From Haliotis cracherodii (lineage: Eukaryota): 64,000 nucleotides of DNA. Shown piece by piece: positions 1 through 11,532 of this stretch. The stretch covers positions 1,736,001-1,800,000 of the forward strand of contig NW_027266330.1 in assembly GCF_022045235.1 (NCBI RefSeq), written 5' to 3'. The notes under the pieces are model-generated. The model searched no databases. It was not told the DNA's origin and was given only the letters and a program-made list of their open reading frames with translations. The translations under genes were made by a program, and so were the position numbers. Every line of letters starts with the position of its first letter. Positions within the stretch are counted from its first letter, which is position 1.

Positions 1-573
1 AGTCAGAAAGGCAACAATGTCACTCTTTGTGTTTAATGTTTTCACTATTATCCGACAACGCAGATTCCATTGGCCGAAAATGGCAAGATAGTGTTGCAAA
101 AATACTATGAATGGATCACTGTAAATCAGTGATGATACCAGGTGTTCGCGAAGAGGGAAAACATATGCTGCCGGTAGCCGCACCACTCACTAGTATCTGG
201 TGAATCTACTTCATGTGCTTGCTGCTCTTTACATACATAATACTTATATTGGAGATCGTCCTCACTCTGAAAATCACGTACATGGCGCGAATCAGATTAC
301 TGGTTTCATTATATGCACACGTCTTCAACAATCGCTTTCTGTTTCCTGCACAATGCCAAGAATGACAAAAAATGAATATGAGGTTCAAGGCGTCTAAGTA
401 GAGTAGTTAATGGTGTCGGAAAATGTAAATATTCTTCAAAACAGAAGACCATTAATCCCCAGTATCCAGACACCAAAGTTGTCTATGACTGCCGACCTGG
501 GCGACAGAGGACGACAAACACGTCATGACCAACTCTCTTGGCTCACATCCAATATCACTGTTGATCTCTCAAG

Positions 574-706
574 GAGTGAGTGAGTGAGTGAGTTTGATTT
601 TACGCCGCTTTTAGCAATATTCCAGCAATATCACGGCGGGGGACACCAGAAATGGGCTTCACGCATTGTACCCATGTCGGGAATGGAACCCGGGTCTTCG
701 GCGTGA
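574..706 (-). mobile_element. tRNA-derived SINE (family 1), 5'-truncated
   Basis: B-box-like head, conserved body, (TCAC)n tail; flanking gatct[c/g]tcaagga near-duplicate resembles a TSD. Confidence 0.8.
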
Positions 707-2265
707 TCTGTCAAGGACCCGTGTTATGCCATGTTACATGTGGATTCCCAAGAGTTTTGCAAATTTATAGGAACAGACGTTAGTGTTTGTGAGGTTGGAC
801 AATATCATATTGAGTAAAACACACCCACGTACCTGTGAATGGAATGTCAGCGAAGAAAGAGAAGTCCACAAATATTCATATTCAGTGGGATGCTGTAAAT
901 ATACGCCTCTTATCATTTCTTTCCATAAATATCGGGATACGGGAAATATTTGTCATCCGGCCAATCTTGTTTCTATTTCTATTTCCATACCAAACTAATA
1001 AAGATCACGGAAGGTGGCAGAAACACCAACCTTATTGTCAACCTTAGGGCACAGAGCACGAGGGGAGACAACTCTATAAGTAGGATTTGACCGATCCTTT
1101 CCCTCAACATGTCAGCAGTGTTCTCATTGTATAATATCGTTCAATTTAGTTCCGTTTTTGACGCCCGATATTTTGACATGTTTCAAGAGGCGCCTATGAG
1201 AACTGTTGTCATTTACTGATAATACATATCAACAAACATTGTCTGAAGTTTCAGTTGATCTTTTCATGAACATTTTTCTCGGGTGTTTTTATCCCGAAAA
1301 ACTCATGAAACTATTGTGCACATATGGATAAGGCATGATGGGTGTCAATCAGAATGTCCGTATAGCTACGTATACAAACAGATAAGTATAACTGATATTA
1401 AGATTGAACTGAAACATCAAGGGGTACAATAATTGGACAAGACGATTTCAGACGCAATATTCTAGTTACATAAAGGCTCATAGCTTACTCTGTGTTTAAT
1501 CATGTGTATATGAAAGCTTCTTTCTATTTTGCTTCCCTTGTTTGTTTGACTTTCTTTTGGCGCAAAGGCAACATTTCACCTGTATGACGTCCGCCTGTAA
1601 TTAATCGAGTCTGGACCAGACAAACCAGTGATTGATATTATGAACAACGATCCACATGTCGGGGTACGATGGCACCCAAAAGAACCCCTCACCGAGTTTT
1701 GCATCAGATAATAAATGTCACACAAACGAGAAAACGCCAAGTTTTTTATTCTTTATTTGTCATGTACTCAGCCACAAACAAGCCTCCCTCACAAAGTCAC
1801 ACTATGACTGAAATGTACCGACTTAAATCTTAATTATTGATTCCCTGAATTGAGAAATATTAAATGGAATTTAGGAAGTTTTGCAGACATTAGCAGATAT
1901 AATACCGTCTTCTGAGACACAACCGCATTCAAATTTAAAATAAAACTTGATCCCGATTTATTAAGCAAAACACATGTCTGGGAAACATCAATAAATACAA
2001 TTGTTATGGGCGACTTGCGATAAAGATGAAAAGAAATATAAAAAAATCGATTTATTCGTTGTTATTATTAGATAGGGTGTCTAAACATTTCTTCAACATT
2101 GTATTTCCCGATTTTATAAATCCCCCAAATGTTCAATATTTGTAATTTGGGGTAATGAGTATTCGTAGAATAAAGTGAACCACAATTGGTTCTGGAAGAG
2201 AATCATTCAAATCGGCAGAAATCAGCTGTCCTTTTTCCCTGTGTCATGTGAGACCTGTCTGTGTT

Positions 2266-2984
2266 CTACTCAGATGCACACATGTATAACAATGACGTGT
2301 ATGTTGTTGTACATCGTTGTATTGCACTGTTGTATTGCACTGTTGTATACACCATGTCCAGAATGTCCGATACAGCATCATACTCAAGTCGCCCACGTGA
2401 CCGGCTCAGAAGACTGCACAGTGAATTATGGCCATGGTGTTTCGCTATCATGGCTGCTGTTTGCCCAGCATTGTTCTTTGTGCTGATGTTCACCTTGCCC
2501 TGCGAGAGGACATTCTTCACTATCTGTATATCCCCGCCCTTACAAGCATGGTGAAGGATGTTATTGCCGTCATTGTCCACGAGTGATACATCAGCTCCTT
2601 TTGCAACAAGTAAGTCAAACATTTCTTTATACCCGATGTAGGCTGCCGTCATGACGGGAGTCTTTCCCTTCTGGCCTCTGCTGTTGATGTCCGGAACGTC
2701 CTGTGACAGGAGATACCTCACCGTGCTCTCATGGCCTCCACCACACGCCAAGTGAAGGATGTTGTCGCCATTATCATCAACGAGGGACAGGTCGCCTCCA
2801 CTACTCACAAGTAACTTCACTATGTGTTTATGTCCTCGGTACACTGCCGCCATCACGGAAGTCCTCCCGCACTGGCCGCGCTTGTTGATGTCCTCGGGGC
2901 TCTCAGCTAAAATCTGTTTAACCAGACTTAGATCTCCCTTATGACAAGCATTACTCAGCCTGGTGTCAATACTGCATTGTTCTC
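2266..2984 (-). CDS. Gene B terminal exon: 6 ankyrin repeats
   Basis: tttcgtcaccAG acceptor (phase 1), in frame with ORF 2266..2856. Repeats LSNACHKG, GRTSVMAAVYRGH, NILHLACGGGH, GKTPVMTAAYIG, NILHHACKGG, GQTAAMIAKHHGH. Confidence 0.9.
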
Positions 2985-3940
2985 CTGGTGACGAAACATG
3001 GTTATTTTAATTGAATTTTTAATATGAAATAATATTTCGATCGTATGACGAGTACCTGAACTCTCCCACAGTTTACAAGTCTTTGCATTATTGTACAAGA
3101 TAACACACAGACATAGCTTAAGTTCAGCAGAAGATACCTGAATGTCAACTTATTTTAACTTATTTCAAACTTCAATCACAATAATAACTGGTGCATTTGT
3201 GATAAAAATCATTTCCGATACAAATCCCTCTTTTGACGTGTACAATATTTTCCCGTGTTTTTTTCAGGTGAACAATTAACTTGGTGATGCATGTGTTTGT
3301 GACGGGCACCGCGGTGGGGCAGGATGAGCGCACCTGTTCGCGGACACCAGGTCCTGGTATCATCACAATTTGATAGTGATTCATACAATATAACCGACAA
3401 TGTCCTTTCCATTATCATAAGAGATCTCTGCTGTAAGCAGAGTCGATTGTACACTTCCGTACATCATGAGCGAGAATGTATTAATCTCCATCAAATAGTG
3501 ATGACACCAGGTGTTCACGAAAAGGTGAGCATGATCGTGTCATTTGTCGTTTTATTTGTCAACAAAGACATTTACTGTCAGTATTCAAATATTATTTTAG
3601 TACTGGACTACGTTGAAAAATTTATCTTAATCTGATACAATGACTGTCATATTTGATAAAACATAATATAGTTGTAATACATTTAACTCTGAACCATATA
3701 CCTTCTTATGGGGTTTATTTGTTTTTAAGTTCGCAATTTGATGAAACACTTTTAATGGTGTTAAAGAATAGTATTGCACCTATCAATTTACACCTCTCTC
3801 CTTTTAATGACCAGAGGAGATCCTTTATATCAGAATGACAATGACAGCGAGTTAGTCATTTAATCCCATGTAGGAGTTCATTATAGAAAGTGCTTACTTC
3901 AGCAAAACGGTCTGGTTTATGTAGATGTTTCTGAACGTAC

Positions 3941-4000
3941 CTGGAAGTAAAGTCTCTCCGTCAGGGACGGGTCCATCTGCGAATGAGACGTTATGGGTAT
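3941..4000 (-). CDS. Gene B exon 6: cytoplasmic linker
   Basis: tcatgcAG acceptor, CCAG|GTACGT donor, 60 nt, phase 1-1. Encodes DTHNVSFADGPVPDGETLLP. Confidence 0.6.
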
Positions 4001-4574
4001 CTGCATGAATTTACATCATATATAAATTATTTTGTCTACAGTACTAAACTCTGATGACCTAAATACTGGCCAATTTGGCTAACAATAAAGGTGAGTCTTT
4101 GTCACAAGTGGGAGGGAAGCCTGATGTGATGCAGGCTGAGACGTTTCCCCACGAAACCCGCCAATTATGTCACGTCTCAGACATGCAACTAGATATATGA
4201 TGGAGTCCATGCTGCAAAGCTATTTCTAAATATCACCCATACAATACTGTGGTTGTCGCCATGCTTCCCTGACATGGTCAATAATTGTAAGCCCTGATAC
4301 ATTTGATTGATACGATTGATAGTTATTAACATATTTTGGATGATAGCCATAATAAGGTGATTTCCGCGACATTGCTGATGCAGTTAAATTCACTGTAGGT
4401 CGACACAGCTGAGCTTACCTTCTTTCTAATGTGACAAATGTCCTCGCATTGTAATGCTGTGTGCATACCACTGTAATTTCTTACCCGGTCACCAGTTGCT
4501 GAGGACCAATACCTACTGCTATAACTTTTCAATACGACGGCTGTAAATTTTCAAAGTGACGTTTGAGCACTCAC

Positions 4575-4582
4575 CAGGCGAA
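4575..4582 (-). CDS. Gene B exon 5: 8-nt microexon
   Basis: ttttctgtcattttgcAG|TTCGCCTG|GTGAGT. Converts phase 2 to phase 1, which the next exon needs. Confidence 0.5.
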
Positions 4583-4926
4583 CTGCAAAATGACAGAAAA
4601 CACACATAAGTAGTTGATGGCATTTAAACAAACAATCAAAAGATAATTGATCCTTTTCAAGCATAGTAAATGTACATATATTAATTAATTGCATTTGCAA
4701 TAGTTAACCATGATAAGAATAATAAAGAAGTTGTTATCAACATTAAATCTCCATGTGATGTTTACATACAACTTCTGAATGCCTATAAAGACTCTGAGCT
4801 CGATGACTGCTTCCTGATGCGTAATGCCATTCACTCAACCCTCTGTATGTATTTACCACTGAACACATCATTCATGTGCATGTACGTGTTGATGGTGATG
4901 AAACGTTCACCGTGTTCCGGTTTTAC

Positions 4927-4956
4927 CTTGTTTGTCCTCTTCTTGCTTTTCTGTGT
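4927..4956 (-). CDS. Gene B exon 4: basic juxtamembrane segment
   Basis: Long pyrimidine tract ttttctttcttcttacAG, AAG|GTAAAA donor, 30 nt, phase 2-2. Reads RHRKARRGQT, as expected directly after a TM. Confidence 0.65.
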
Positions 4957-5511
4957 CTGTAAGAAGAAAGAAAATAATCTTTGGAAGTCCATTTACTTCA
5001 AAAGATCTAGCTACATTTTGACATACATGAAGGACATATCCATGAAAGGAATGGTATTTGGAGCATAATTGATTTAAATCGACCTTAATGTTTTCTTGAT
5101 TATCCATCGAAACAGATTCCATTGGGAACAAACGGCAAACTAGCGGTAGCACGTACATTGTGTATGAATGGGGCACTAACAATCAGTGATGACACCCGGT
5201 GCCCACGACAAGGTTCCTGCCCTGCCGGTAGCATGCGCCACTCACACATTTTGTATAAAAATGTAAGAGTTTGTGTGTTGCCTGACGCCGCCCCCAAACA
5301 AACCAGACAACCACGTGATGGACCAGAAAATCCAGTATTCGCCTTTCATATTCGTTGACAAGCAAAGTCGGTAGATAAGGGAATTAAGCTGCTTGATATA
5401 CGTATGTCCCGCAACTTTCCGTGTCTCATCAAGTGTAGCATCAACGATACGCGGAAGTGTGTTATACCTCGCTTCCGGTCCCGTTGTCTTGCTTTCTGCT
5501 GTTGTTATCAT

Positions 5512-8500
5512 AGGTGTGTTGGCTGATATGTCACCTCTCTGCACTTGCACTATACCTACACTGTCCTGATGGTGTGTTGGCTGATATGTCACCTCTCTGC
5601 ACTTGCACTATACCTACACTGTCCTGATGGTGTGTTGGCTGATATGTCACCTCTCTGCACTTGCACTATACCTACACTGTCCTGATGGTGTGTTGGCTGA
5701 TATGTCACCTCTCTGCACTTGCACTATACCTACACTGTCCTGATGGTGTGTTGGCTGATATGTCACCTCTCTGCACTTGCACTATACCTACACTGTCCTG
5801 ATGGTGTGTTGGCTGATATGTCACCTCTCTGCACTTGCACTATACCTACACTGTCCTGATGGTGTGTTGGCTGATATGACACCTCTCTGCAGTTGCACTA
5901 TACCTACACTGTCCTGATGGTGTGTTGGCTGATATGTCACCTCTCTGCACTTGCACTATACCTACACTGTCCTGATGGTGTGTTGGCTGATATGACACCT
6001 CTCTGCACTTGCACTATACCTACACTGTCCTGATGGTGTGTTGGCTGATATGACACCTCTCTGCACTTGCACTATACCTACACTGTCCTGATGGTGCGTT
6101 GGCTGATATGACACCTCTCTGCACTTGCACTATACCTACACTGTCCTGATGGTGTGTTGGCTATGTCACCTCTCTGCACTTGCACTATACCTACACTGTC
6201 CTGATGGTGTGTTGGCTGATATGACACCTCTCTGCACTTGCACTATACCTACACTGTCCTGATGGTGTGTTGGCTGATATGACACCTCTCTGCACTTGCA
6301 CTATACCTACACTGTCCTGATGGTGCGTTGGCTGATATGACGCCTCTCTGCAGTTGCACTATACCTACACTGTCCTGATGGTGTGTTGGCTATGTCACCT
6401 CTCTGCACTTGCACTATACCTACACTGTCCTGATGGTGTGTTGGCTGATATGTCACCTCTCTGCACTTGCACTATACCTACACTGTCCTGATGGTGTGTT
6501 GGCTGATATGACACCTCTCTGCACTTGCACTATACCTACACTGTCCTGATGATGTGTTGGCTGATATGTCACCTCTCTGCACTTGCACTATACCTACACT
6601 GTCCTGATGGTGTGTTGGCTATGTCACCTCTCTGCACTTGCACTATACCTACACTGTCCTGATGGTGTGTTGGCTGATATGTCACCTCTCTGCACTTGCA
6701 CTATACCTACACTGTCCTGATGGTGTGTTGGCTGATATGACACCTCTCTGCACTTGCACTATACCTACACTGTCCTGATGATGTGTTGGCTGATATGTCA
6801 CCTCTCTGCACTTGCACTATACCTACACTGTCCTGATGGTGTGTTGGCTATGTCACCTCTCTGTACTTGCACTATACCTACACTGTCCTGATGGTGTGTT
6901 GGCTGATATGTCACCTCTCTGCACTTGCACTATACCTACACTGTCCTGATGGTGTGTTGGCAGATATGTCACCTCTCTGCACTTGCACTATACCTACACT
7001 GTCCTGATGGTGTGTTGGCTGATATGTCACCTCTCTGCACTTGCACTATACCTACACTGTCCTTGTGGTGTGTTGGCTGATATGACACCTCTCTGCACTT
7101 GCACTATACCTACACTGTCCTGATGGTGTGTTGGCTGATATGACACCTCTCTGCACTTGCACTATACCTACACTGTCCTGATGGTGTGTTGGCTGATATG
7201 TCACCTCTCTGCACTTGTACTATACCTACACTGTCCTTGTGGTGTGTTGGCTGATATGTCACCTCTCTGTACTTGCACTATACCTACACTGTCCTTGTGG
7301 TGTGTTGGCTGATATGTCACCTCTCTGCACTTGCACTATACCTACACTGTCCTGACGGTGTGTTGGCAGATATGTCACCTCTCTGCACTTGCACTATACC
7401 TACACTGTCCTGATGGTGCGTTGGCTGATATGTCACCTCTATGCACTTGCACTATACCTACACTGTCCTGATGGTGTGTTGGCTGATATGTCACCTCTCT
7501 GCACTTGCACTATACCTACACTGTCCTGATGGTGTGTTGGCTGATATGACACCTCTCTGCACTTGCACTATACCTACACTGTCCTTGTGGTGTGTTGGCT
7601 GATATGTCACCTCTCTGCACTTGCACTATACCTACACTGTCCTGATGGTGTGTTGGCTGATATGTCACCTCTCTGCACTTGTACTATACCTACACTGTCC
7701 TTGTGGTGTGTTGGCTATGTCACCTCTCTGCACTTGCACTATACCTACACTGTCCTGATGGTGTGTTGGCAGATATGTCACCTCTCTGCACTTGCACTAT
7801 ACCTACACTGTCCTGATGGTGTGTTGGCTGATATGACACCTCTCTGCACTTGCACTATACCTACACTGTCCTGATGGTGTGTTGGCTGATATGACACCTC
7901 TCTGCACTTGCACTATACCTACACTGTCCTGATGGTGTGTTGGCTGATATGACACCTCTCTGCACTTGCACTATACCTACACTGTCCTGATGGTGTGTTG
8001 GCTGATATGACACCTCTCTGCACTTGCACTATACCTACACTGTCCTGATGATGTGTTGGCTGATATGTCACCTCTCTGCACTTGCACTATACCTACACTG
8101 TCCTGATGGTGTGTTGGCTATGTCACCTCTCTGCACTTGCACTATACCTACACTGTCCTGATGGTGTGTTGGCTGATATGTCACCTCTCTGCACTTGCAC
8201 TATACCTACACTGTCCTGATGGTGTGTTGGCTGATATGACACCTCTCTGCACTTGCACTATACCGACACTGTCCTGATGATGTGTTGGCTGATATGTCAC
8301 CTCTCTGCACTTGCACTATACCTACACTGTCCTGATGGTGTGTTGGCTATGTCACCTCTCTGCACTTGCACTATACCTACACTGTCCTGATGGTGTGTTG
8401 GCTGATATGTCACCTCTCTGCACTTGCACTATACCTACACTGTCCTGATGGTGTGTTGGCTGATATGACACCTCTCTGCACTTGCACTATACCTACACTG

Positions 8501-8627
8501 TCCTTGTGGTGTGTTGGCTGATATGTCACCTCTCTGCACTTGCACTATACCTACACTGTCCTGATGGTGTGTTGGCTGATATGACACCTCACTGCACTTG
8601 CACTATACCTACACTGTCCTTGTGGTG
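5512..8627. repeat. 58-bp satellite array (~54 copies) in gene B intron
   Basis: Unit ggtgtgttggctgatatgtcacctctctgcacttgcactatacctacactgtcctgat; 55-bp variants lack 3 bp. Confidence 0.97.
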
Positions 8628-9023
8628 CCATGTCCAAATATTTTAGAAAAATGTTCTTGCAAATGTTGATGTGAATTAAAATCAAATATATATGATGTTT
8701 AAACTTCACAACCATAAACACGTTTCTGAATGACACGACTCCAACAAAATCACGAATTAGTAACATCGATTTGGAAACTGTTTTTGTTTTAATATTTTAG
8801 TAAATATGCCTCTTCCCGTTACTTTTCCATTAATGGAAATATAAACACACATTCTCCTGCCTGGCACGGGGTACAAGTTAAAGACATACATCCCTTGGTG
8901 TATCGCCAGTTTTGTAGTGAAACTGTGGGTGTATTGCTTGATAATCTCGATATGTTTGTAGTTTAAGTGTGTGTATTATTGCCCCAAAACATTCATATTT
9001 GGATAGTTGAGCCGAAATCGTAC

Positions 9024-9189
9024 CTTCTGTAGACAATCACTGCGACGATGACGCCGATGATAAGAAAGATTGTGACGAACACAGGGACAAGTATCGCAAC
9101 CATTGGTGTTGGTGCAGTCTGTTCTGATCTTCTCCCCTCAGCCGCCTTATTTACAGACCTCCCGTTGTCCTTATCTTTCTGATCATTTT
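9024..9189 (-). CDS. Gene B exon 3: stalk plus transmembrane helix
   Basis: ttattacAG acceptor, AG|GTACG donor, 166 nt, phase 1-2. Encodes ENDQKDKDNGRSVNKAAEGRRSEQTAPTP-MVAILVPVFVTIFLIIGVIVAVIV-YR. Confidence 0.8.
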
Positions 9190-9774
9190 CTGTAATAAAA
9201 GACTCTCTTATGTCCAGGCACCAAACACAACTACATACACATCCTAATGTTTGTCCGACTACTGCTCTGGGAATTTCGATTGAAGGACGGACATAATTTT
9301 AATGCAGTCGGTAACATTCCAACCATTTCGTAGTCGACAATGGACCAACCAGTGATTGAAAGTATGATGAAATATGATCCACACTATCGGGGCAATGGCA
9401 AACAATCAGTCAAGTAACCACGCCAGACAACCCACTGTATATATTCCACCTTGAGCAATGTACGGCATATTACTTTGTTGGATAGTGACCACTGGTCTTG
9501 GAAAACATCAGTGCAAGCGGCAATTATACAGTGGCATACGACCAGTGTGGCCCTTGAACAGAGGTCAGGACATGTTCTCTCACGATGGCGCATGGAGAGG
9601 GAACGTTTTGATCGACACTGAAGGTAATGGCTGGCTCTTTCTCTCTGTGCACTGATTCAATCCTGTGTTGTATCAAGTGTTTTTGACTGACGGTCAATCT
9701 TATTAAATCTAAAGTGCACATATGTTCTTATTAAAGTAGCTAGACAAATACGACTTTAAACGTCAAGAGACATC

Positions 9775-10870
9775 CACCCCAACCCACACCCCCCCCCCCC
9801 CCCCCCACCCCACACCCCACACACCCAAACGCCGCCTTACCCTAGCCCACGTCCCCCACAACCTCACCCCACCGACCCCACACACCCACACACCCACCCT
9901 ACACAGCCTGAACCCAACACACCCAAACCCAAACAAACCCACCCCACCCAGACCCTTCCACACACCAGTACAACCCCACCCCACACAACCCCCAGACACC
10001 ATCACAGACACCCAGCACTCCACACACCACACCCCTAGCACTCCACACACCACACCCCAGCACTCCACACAACTCACCCCTAGCACTCCACACACCACAC
10101 CCCCAGCACTCCACACACCCCACCCCTAGCACTCCACACACCCCACCCCAGAACTCCACACACCCCACCCCTAGCACTCCACACACCCCACCCCTAGCAC
10201 TCCACACACCCCACCCCTAGCACTCCACACACCCCACCCCTAGCACTCCACACACCCCACCCCTAGCACTCCACACACCCCACCCCTAGCACTCCACACA
10301 CCCCACCCCTAGCACTCCACACACCCCACCCCTAGCACTCCACACTCCCCACCCCTAGCACTCCACACACCCCACCCCAGAACTCCACACACCACACCCC
10401 AGCACTCCACACAACTCACCCCTAGCACTCCACACACCCTACCCCAGTACTCCACACATCCCACACCCCACACACCCCACACCCCACACCCCACACCCAG
10501 CACTCCACACACCCAAACACCGCCTTACCCTAGCCCACGTCCCCAACTTCCCCACCCCACCGACCCCACACACCCACCCTACACAGCCTGAACCCAACAC
10601 ACCCAAATCCAACCAAACCCACCCCACCCAGACCCTTCCACACACCAGTACAACTCCACCCGACACAACCCCCAGACAACCACACAGACACCCAGCACTC
10701 CACACACCCCACACCCAGCACTCCACACCCCCCACCCCAGCACTCCACACAACTCACCCCTAGCACTCCACACACCCCACCCCCAGCACTCCACACACCC
10801 CACCCTTAGCACTCCACACACCCCACCCCCAGCACTCCACACACCCCACCCCCAGCACTCCACACCACCT
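9775..10870. repeat. C/A-rich ~23-bp minisatellite with a duplicated ~200-bp block
   Basis: Units like cccctagcactccacacacccca; block ~9820-10030 recurs at ~10510-10720. Confidence 0.9.
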
Positions 10871-10910
10871 CCTCCGAATCCTTTAGACGTATGTATTACA
10901 TAATACATAC

Positions 10911-11198
10911 CTTGGTGTATTTCACAGAAATCCCCGGTATTGTGTCCTGTACAGCCCTGGGTGCACTGGCCGGTCTGGTGATTGCAGATGTGTTCCCGGC
11001 AGTTGCTGCTGCAGGGGAGTTGGCACTGAGCACCAAACCTTCCAGCCACGCACCCCTCAGAGCATCTACCACTGTGTCTGTCACAGTGCACATCCTGGTC
11101 GGAATGGGGGAAACAGGAACGGCTGCAGTTCAGTTGACAGTGTTCTCCATATTTGCCCACGGGACACTCCTGGCCCAATACGCCCAATACGCCCACTC
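10911..11198 (-). CDS. Gene B exon 2: two MEGF10/SCARF-type EGF-like repeats
   Basis: ctttttcAG acceptor, CAAG|GTATGT donor, 288 nt, phase 1-1. Encodes CPVGKYGEHCQLNCSRSC...CDRHSGRCSEGCVAGRFGAQCQLPCSSNC...CNHQTGQCTQGC. Confidence 0.85.
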
Positions 11199-11498
11199 CT
11201 GAAAAAGGAGCAAGAAGTTAATTTCCCCACAATACTTGGCGGCCTACTTGTAAAAACATACCTTGTTATATCCTCTTATAGGCGCTATTTCTAGATCCAG
11301 AAACCTTACGTCGAAAGTTAAACGCTTATAAAACCTAAAATGTTTTAAGAAAGCACGATGCGTGTGCATTGTTGTGGCGGATTAATGCTAAGTGACTTTT
11401 GGGACACTCCACAAACATCCCAACAACAATTATTTTACCAGCACAGCAGAGTAATCATTTCATGTTGGTCAATGAAGCTTAAACAGATCAGCACTCAC

Positions 11499-11532
11499 CA
11501 AATAAAGAGGTCAGCAGACCGTGTCCCAACAT
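11499..11532 (-). CDS. Gene B exon 1 (signal peptide) of EGF-TM-ankyrin receptor
   Basis: ATG at 11532 reads MLGHGLLTSLF+G, then a G|GTGAGT donor (phase 1). A polypyrimidine acceptor just upstream (~11555) implies a 5' UTR exon. Splicing to the next exon gives MLGHGLLTSLFGVGVLGVLG-QEC. Confidence 0.75.

Noticed and set aside
3055-5500. Other candidate small exons of gene B (4419-4470, ~5468-5495, ~3055-3136)
   Set aside because: Weaker splice sites, and individually they break the frame of the simpler model; cannot be excluded as alternative exons without RNA data.
5512-8627. Regular repeat arrays (also 28153-28721, 46958-47650) as CRISPR
   Set aside because: Head-to-tail units with no unique spacers, no cas genes, eukaryotic context.
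2266-11532. Calling gene B Notch
   Set aside because: Only two EGF-like units of MEGF/SCARF spacing, no LNR, no RAM WxP; the ankyrins match the local expanded family.
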